A stretch of DNA of 57,084 nucleotides from the NCBI GenBank assembly GCA_016186625.1, contig JACPLG010000013.1:1-57084 (forward strand), given 5' to 3'. Positions within the stretch are counted from its first letter, which is position 1. Every line of letters starts with the position of its first letter. The DNA is from Candidatus Levyibacteriota bacterium. GTDB lineage: Bacteria > Patescibacteriota > Microgenomatia > Levybacterales > UBA12049. Made by a program: the position numbers and the translations under genes. A model generated the notes under the pieces. It was not told the DNA's origin. It ran no database searches and saw only the letters and a list, made by a program, of their open reading frames with translations. Shown here one piece after another: positions 52,145 through 57,084 of the stretch.

Positions 52145-52606
52145 ATGGACACTAAAAAAATATATTTGACACGCGAAGGCTTAGGAGAGTTAAAAAAAGA
52201 ATATGAGGAGCTTACCAAGACAAAGCGGCCGGAAGTGTTAAGCAGGGTTTCTGCAGCAAGAAATATGGGAGATCTTTCTGAAAACGCAGAGTACACAGTG
52301 GCCCGGGAGGAGCTCTCATTTATAGACGGGCGAATTGATGAGCTCGAAGAGCTTTTAAAGCAAGTTGTTTTAATTAATAACAATCATTCTTCTACTGTCA
52401 AGTTAGGGTCAACCGTGAGGGTAAATACAGATTCTGGGCAAGAGGCTTTTACAGTGGTGGGAGAATGGGAAGCAGATCCCAAGGAAAGAAAAATATCACA
52501 TGAATCTCCGTTAGGTAAGGCACTTCTTGGAAAAAAAGTAGGAGAAAAAGTTGAAGTAGAAGCGCCGGCTGGTAAAATAGTCTATACTATAGAGGCTATT
52601 AATTAG
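52145..52606 (+). CDS. greA: transcription elongation factor GreA
   Basis: LTREGLGELKKEYEEL...ARNMGDLSENAEY...SHESPLGKALLGKKVGE is present. Confidence 0.93.
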   Translation: MDTKKIYLTREGLGELKKEYEELTKTKRPEVLSRVSAARNMGDLSENAEYTVAREELSFIDGRIDELEELLKQVVLINNNHSSTVKLGSTVRVNTDSGQEAFTVVGEWEADPKERKISHESPLGKALLGKKVGEKVEVEAPAGKIVYTIEAIN

Positions 52607-52609
52607 TCT

Positions 52610-53629
52610 ATGAATGACGCTTTGATGCTCGCGGTACTCAAGGAGAAGTCTGCTCCTGGTGTCAGCCTAAAAAAGATTCCAATCCCCAATCCCCAAAAAG
52701 ATGAAGTTTTAGTAAAAGTTGTTTATGCCTCAATTTGCGGAACAGATATTGGAATTTACGATTGGATTCCATGGGCACAGGGTCACATTAAACCTCCTCA
52801 TGTCATGGGACATGAGTTGGTGGGAGAAATTGTTGAGATAAAATCAACGGATAAAACAAACTTTGAACTGGGCGATCTTGTCTCATCCGAAACGCATATT
52901 TTTTGCCAGAATTGTTACCAATGCAGTATTAAAAATTACCATATTTGCGAAAACATGGAGCTCTTTGGGATCGGACGTGATGGTTCGTTCGCAGAATACG
53001 CTACTATTCCAGTTAGAACCACTTGGAAAAATGACCCAAAGATTCCAACTGAATCTATGAGTGTTCAAGAACCATTGGGTAATGCGGTCAATGTGGTTAC
53101 AAAAGCCAATGTTAAAGATAAAAAAATTCTGGTTATGGGACTGGGTCCAACTGGACTTTGTGCAGGAATGGCAGCAAAAGCATACGGAGCTAGGGAAATA
53201 GTAGGAGTTAATAGACGGGAATACCGAAGAAAACTTGCTATGAAGGTAGGTTTTGATCGTGTAACAGATAAGTTGCCTGAGAAAGAATATGGAACTTTTG
53301 ATGCAGTGCTTGAGATGAGCGGAAATAGACTAGGCATTGAAATTGCGCTTGAAGCAGCTCGAATCGCTGGAAAAATTATAGCTTTTGGAATTCCAAAGGA
53401 GAACATAAATATTGACTGGGGGAAATATATAATCAATAAAGAACTCTCAATAGAATCAGTTTTTGGCAGAATGATTTGGGACACCTGGAAAGACGTAACA
53501 GAACTTCTCGTGACCGGAAAAGTGGATCTTAGAAAAATCATCACTCATAGATTTAAACTTTCCGAATTTGAAGAGGCAATGAAAGTTATGAAATCAGGCC
53601 AATGCGGCAAAATTCTTCTTTCACTCTAA
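52610..53629 (+). CDS. tdh: L-threonine 3-dehydrogenase (Zn-dependent MDR family)
   Basis: ASICGTDIGIYDW..WA...PHVMGHELVGEIVE and the structural-Zn pattern CQNCYQCSIKNYHIC are present. It is adjacent to kbl. Confidence 0.85.
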   Translation: MNDALMLAVLKEKSAPGVSLKKIPIPNPQKDEVLVKVVYASICGTDIGIYDWIPWAQGHIKPPHVMGHELVGEIVEIKSTDKTNFELGDLVSSETHIFCQNCYQCSIKNYHICENMELFGIGRDGSFAEYATIPVRTTWKNDPKIPTESMSVQEPLGNAVNVVTKANVKDKKILVMGLGPTGLCAGMAAKAYGAREIVGVNRREYRRKLAMKVGFDRVTDKLPEKEYGTFDAVLEMSGNRLGIEIALEAARIAGKIIAFGIPKENINIDWGKYIINKELSIESVFGRMIWDTWKDVTELLVTGKVDLRKIITHRFKLSEFEEAMKVMKSGQCGKILLSL

Positions 53630-53632
53630 ACT

Positions 53633-54853
53633 ATGGATAAATTCTACAAGCAAATCGAGGAGGCTATAAAGACGGGAAAATCTGCTCGAATCATCGAGTC
53701 GGGAGAAGGTGCATACCTCACAATTGGAGGAAAAAAGAAATTAAATTTTTGTTCTAGCCACTATTTAGGTCTGTCCGTTGACCCTCGACTCGCAAAAGCA
53801 GCTTCAGACGCAGCACGCAAATACGGAATTGGGACTGGTTATAGAACTCTTGCCGGAAACCATGTTTTACATTTAGAACTCGAGGATCATTTGGCTCGCT
53901 TTAAACACGCAGAAGCTGCAGTTATTTTCACCGGCGGATATATGGCCAACTGCGCAGCAATTCAAACAATTATTGGCAAGGAAGATATTGTTATTTCAGA
54001 TGAGCTGAATCATGCATCAATTATTGATGCAATAAGACTTTCTCAAGTTAAGAACAAGTTTATTTATAAACACTTGGACATGGTGGATCTGGAAGAGAAA
54101 TTAAAACAGGTTGTCATCCTGAGCAACAGTGAAGGATCCCAAGATTCTTCGGCTGCGCCTCAAAATGACAATCGCAAGCCTTTAATTTTGATAGTTACTG
54201 ATGGAGTCTTCTCAATGGACGGTGACTTGGCGCCACTTCCAGATATTGTTCGTTTGGCTCGGCAGTATGGGGCACTTACTATGGTAGATGATGCACATGG
54301 AGAAGGAGTTTTAGGAAAAGGAGGAAGGGGGATTGTCGATCATTATGGAATTCACGGACAAATTGATATTGAAGTTGGGACTTTATCAAAAGCATTTTCC
54401 ACTATGGGAGGATTTATTACCGGAAGAAAAGAGCTTATTACCTATTACAAACAAAAAGCCCGCCAATATCTGTTTAGCAATGCTTTAACAATTCCAGATA
54501 CAGCAGCTCTTATTGAAGGAGTAAAGATTTTAGAAGAGTCAGATGAGCTAGTCAAAAAGCTCTGGGATAATACAAAATACATCAAGGAAAAGTTTGCCGA
54601 TCTTGGGTTTGATATTGGACATTCTAAGAGCCCAATAACTCCTGTGATGATTCCAGATGAGGATAAAGCCCGCGAATTTTCGGCCAAACTGTTCGAACTG
54701 GATGTTTTCGCAACGCCAATTGTTTTTCCCATGGTGCCTAAAGGAAAAGCAAGAATTCGCGTAATTCCTTCCGCATCACATTCAAAAAAAGATTTAGAAT
54801 TTGGAATAGGCGCATTCAAAAAAGTTGCAAAAGAGCTTTCCCTCCTGAGATAA
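53633..54853 (+). CDS. kbl: 2-amino-3-ketobutyrate CoA ligase (glycine C-acetyltransferase) with 19-aa in-frame repeat insert
   Basis: NFCSSHYLGL, ISDELNHASIIDA, DGVFSMDGD, VDDAHG and the GTLSKAF PLP lysine motif are present. Confidence 0.9.
   Translation: MDKFYKQIEEAIKTGKSARIIESGEGAYLTIGGKKKLNFCSSHYLGLSVDPRLAKAASDAARKYGIGTGYRTLAGNHVLHLELEDHLARFKHAEAAVIFTGGYMANCAAIQTIIGKEDIVISDELNHASIIDAIRLSQVKNKFIYKHLDMVDLEEKLKQVVILSNSEGSQDSSAAPQNDNRKPLILIVTDGVFSMDGDLAPLPDIVRLARQYGALTMVDDAHGEGVLGKGGRGIVDHYGIHGQIDIEVGTLSKAFSTMGGFITGRKELITYYKQKARQYLFSNALTIPDTAALIEGVKILEESDELVKKLWDNTKYIKEKFADLGFDIGHSKSPITPVMIPDEDKAREFSAKLFELDVFATPIVFPMVPKGKARIRVIPSASHSKKDLEFGIGAFKKVAKELSLLR
54113..54169. repeat. GTCATCCTGAG...AAAATGAC hairpin element inside kbl (57 nt = 19 codons)
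   Basis: GTCATCCTGAGCAACAGTGAAGGATCCCAAGATTCTTCGGCTGCGCCTCAAAATGAC encodes VILSNSEGSQDSSAAPQND and is codon-aligned. Confidence 0.85.
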
Positions 54854-54860
54854 TTCCCTA

Positions 54861-55907
54861 GTGAAATACGATCAACTTATTGCCTCTGGGACCTTTGACC
54901 TTTTTCATAAGGGGCACAAGTCTTTTTTGGAAAAATCATTTGAGGTCACAGATGAAGTTATTGTTTGTATAACCAGTAATAGTTATGTTAAATCTTTTAA
55001 AGATTTAAAAGACATCGAAGATTTTGAGATTAGGAAAAAAACAGTTCTTCAGTTTTTAACTTCAATTGGGGTGGCGGATAGAGCGAAAATTATTTCAATT
55101 GATGATGTCTTTGGACCACTTTTGACGCGACAGTTTGATCCAAATGCAATTGCGGTGACTCCTCAAACAGAAAAAACAGCTATAGAAATTAATGAAAAAA
55201 GAAAAGAGCTTGATTTACCACAGCTTGAAATTATTGTCATTGAAATGGAAAAAGCTGATGATGGTGGACTAATCTCCTCAACCAGAATTAGAAAAGGAGA
55301 AATTAATAGAGGCGGGCGGCTATATGTTCGAAATAATTGGAGAGATAAAACATTAAAGCTTCCACAAAATTTGCGCCCGGTCTTGCAAAAACCTCTAGGA
55401 AAATTATTGAGTTGGGTTCCATCAGGTGTTGACGGTTCGAAGGCTATAACGATCGGAGACATCTCAACTCAAAAATTTAATGAGAAAAATGTGGGGCAAT
55501 TTTTGTCAGTTGTAGATTTCAAAGTTCACAGGGAGAAAATGTTTGAAAAACTCTCAGATTTGGGCTTTGTTGAAGATATAGAAACAATTAAAGTAGGAAA
55601 TCCAGCTGGGACAATTACATGGGATTTGTTCGAAGCCGTTCAAAAAGCATTTAGTACGGAAAATAGAAAAATAATTCTAGTGAAAGGGGAAGAGGATTTG
55701 GCAGTTTTGCCAGCTTTACTTATTTCGCCTCTTGGGTTTACCGTTTACTATGGCCAGCCCGCCTACGCCGAGGCTTCCTCCGACGCTAAAGCTTTGGCGG
55801 ACAGGTCTGCGGGCAGGCCAAATGAGGGATTGGTTGAAGTGCCGGTTACCGAGCAAAACAAAGAAAAAGCCTACGATTTGGTTAGTAAATTCACTTCACA
55901 GTCTTAG
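54861..55907 (+). CDS. fusion of archaeal-type phosphopantetheine adenylyltransferase-like cytidylyltransferase and DUF359 (GTP-dependent dephospho-CoA kinase family) domain
   Basis: The N-terminus has ASGTFDLFHKGHKSFL (HxGH). The C-terminus has GDISTQ...VVDFKVHR...VKGEEDLAVLPALLISPLGFTVYYGQP...GLVEV, with a GTG start. Confidence 0.7.
   Translation: MKYDQLIASGTFDLFHKGHKSFLEKSFEVTDEVIVCITSNSYVKSFKDLKDIEDFEIRKKTVLQFLTSIGVADRAKIISIDDVFGPLLTRQFDPNAIAVTPQTEKTAIEINEKRKELDLPQLEIIVIEMEKADDGGLISSTRIRKGEINRGGRLYVRNNWRDKTLKLPQNLRPVLQKPLGKLLSWVPSGVDGSKAITIGDISTQKFNEKNVGQFLSVVDFKVHREKMFEKLSDLGFVEDIETIKVGNPAGTITWDLFEAVQKAFSTENRKIILVKGEEDLAVLPALLISPLGFTVYYGQPAYAEASSDAKALADRSAGRPNEGLVEVPVTEQNKEKAYDLVSKFTSQS
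55753..55818. repeat. GC-rich hairpin element inside the DUF359 domain (66 nt)
   Basis: GCCAGCCCGCCTACGCCGAGGCTTCCTCCGACGCTAAAGCTTTGGCGGACAGGTCTGCGGGCAGGC has arms that pair, with G-U pairs on the sense strand. Confidence 0.8.
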
Positions 55908-56099
55908 TAAAAAAAGTTCAATACTACCAAGTATTATACTTTTTATTAAATTTGTTTGCCTATTGATTATTGTAGTTTTTTTTGCGATAATGCTTTCTAT
56001 TAAATGAGAAACTTTAATTTAGTTAGCAAGAAGGACAAGAAGAGCCTCTCAGAGAGGGGATTTGTCTTGGTATAAATCTTTAAACTAGAAAATGACAAA

Positions 56100-56121
56100 C
56101 CCCTCAATGGAGGGGTTTTTT
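56100..56121 (+). terminator. intrinsic terminator
   Basis: CCCCTC-aatg-GAGGGG is followed by TTTTTT. Confidence 0.7.
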
Positions 56122-56209
56122 AGTGGCTTGTCCGCCAAAAATCGCTCTTTGAGCCGTGTTCGAATAGAACTGAAAAGGCGAAAAGTAAGATTCGGCGGAG
56201 AAAAACAAT

Positions 56210-57084
56210 ATGGCGACTATAAATAAAAATTACAGAAAATTACAAGCAGGTTATCTTTTTTCAGAAATTGCAAAAAGAACCCAGAAGTTTGTTAATGAAA
56301 ATAATGGCGTTTCTGTACTAAGGCTTGGAATTGGCAATACAACAGAGGCACTTCCCTCAAGTGTTATTGCCGGCTTATCATTGGGAGTTAAGAAACTTTC
56401 CAATGTTGCTACATACACTGGATATGGCGATGAACAGGGAGATGCAAGGCTTAGAAAAGAACTCGCAAACTATTATAAAAACTTTGAAGTGAGCCTTGAC
56501 TCTTTAGAGATATTTGTAAGCGACGGCGCAAAAACAGATAGTGCAAATATTAGCTCAATCTTTGGACAAGACAATGTAGTCGCAGTCTCAGACCCAGTTT
56601 ATCCGGTATATGTTGACAGCAATGTAATCGCAGGAAGAGGAGGAGAATTTAAAAATGGAAGATATGGAAATATTGTTTACCTTGAGTCTACGCAGGAAAA
56701 TGGCTTTTTTCCAAAACTTCCCAATAGAAAAGTAGACTTAATCTATATTTGCAGTCCAAATAACCCAACAGGTGCTGTTGCAACTAAAAAACAACTTAAA
56801 CAATTTGTTGACTGGGCCATTAAACACAAAGCCGTAATTATTTTCGATGGCGCCTACAGTATGTATATTAAAGATAAAAAATTGCCTAGAAGTATTTATG
56901 AAGTACCAAATGCTAAAAGTTGTGCCATAGAAATTTCAAGTTTCTCCAAATGGTCAGGTTTTACCGGAGTAAGGCTTGGTTGGACTATTATCCCAATGGA
57001 TCTGATTATCCAAGATTCTAAAAAAGGTGAGTTAAACAGCTTTTGGAATAGACGCCAAACAACCATGTTTAACGGTGCATCAAA
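56210..57084 (+). CDS. dapL: LL-diaminopimelate aminotransferase, 3'-partial (not in supplied ORF track)
   Basis: My translation gives MATINKNYRKLQAGYLFSEIAKRTQKFVNENNGVSVLRLGIGNTTEALP...CSPNNPTG...SFSKWSGFTGVRLGW, which runs off the window. Confidence 0.8.
   Translation, partial: MATINKNYRKLQAGYLFSEIAKRTQKFVNENNGVSVLRLGIGNTTEALPSSVIAGLSLGVKKLSNVATYTGYGDEQGDARLRKELANYYKNFEVSLDSLEIFVSDGAKTDSANISSIFGQDNVVAVSDPVYPVYVDSNVIAGRGGEFKNGRYGNIVYLESTQENGFFPKLPNRKVDLIYICSPNNPTGAVATKKQLKQFVDWAIKHKAVIIFDGAYSMYIKDKKLPRSIYEVPNAKSCAIEISSFSKWSGFTGVRLGWTIIPMDLIIQDSKKGELNSFWNRRQTTMFNGAS

Noticed and set aside
1-57084. Alternative genetic code (stop-codon reassignment) as an explanation for the in-frame TAA in tsaD and the rpoC break.
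   Set aside because: TGA, TAA and TAG all terminate well-conserved genes at the expected positions (for example adk and rplO with TGA, fusA with TAA, rplD with TAG). The tsaD stop also coincides with a missing segment rather than a conserved residue.
1-57084. Diversity-generating retroelement, retron, toxin-antitoxin or known defence-system genes.
   Set aside because: No ORF shows reverse-transcriptase, integrase or transposase motifs, or recognisable defence-gene motifs. The paralogous small ORFs (6727/8772) are too diverged and too far apart to be a TR/VR pair.

Overview
This window reads as the str-S10-spc-alpha ribosomal-protein superoperon of a small, roughly 38-40% GC bacterium: rpoC'-rpsL-rpsG-fusA ... 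tuf-rpsJ ... rplC through rplO-secY-adk-map-infA-rpmJ-rpsM-rpsK-rpsD-rpoA-rplQ-rplM-rpsI. Downstream lie idi-like/uppS, tRNA-Pro(GGG), a four-helix-bundle gene, recA-recX-rny-hup, RNase P RNA, a UvrD-type helicase-nuclease, rmuC, tsaD, a VanW protein, a solute-binding protein, greA-tdh-kbl, a PPAT-DUF359 fusion and dapL. L30 is absent, many ribosomal proteins carry low-complexity tails, and the gene content fits Patescibacteria/CPR (inference only; no database search was possible). The genetic code is standard, since TGA terminates several conserved genes. Gene calls rest on recognising conserved protein motifs in the supplied ORF translations and on my own translation of unlisted stretches (rpmJ, dapL, the uvrB relic, the tsaD N-terminus, the rpoC tail). 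The most unusual signal is not a gene cluster. Several families of short hairpin or palindromic repeats fill nearly every intergenic spacer of the ribosomal operon. These include GC-rich elements and AT-rich palindromes built from 7-8 nt 'words'. The same elements also sit in frame inside essential or conserved coding sequences (rpsG, kbl, tsaD, map, the helicase, an SDR, an FNR-like reductase, the PPAT-DPCK fusion) and appear to encode ribosomal-protein tails. Other notable points are listed below.
- Two essential genes (rpoC, tsaD) carry lesions of about 14 codons.
- A pair of inverted ~100-nt GC-rich elements brackets rplP-secY.
- Accessory islands split fusA/tuf and rpsJ/rplC.
- A duplicated fusA 3' end flanks a Cys-rich secreted-protein cassette.
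- A uvrB relic lies in the fusA/tuf island.
- SD-like blocks are separated from four ribosomal-protein start codons by a repeat hairpin.
- An archaeal-type PPAT-DPCK fusion is present.
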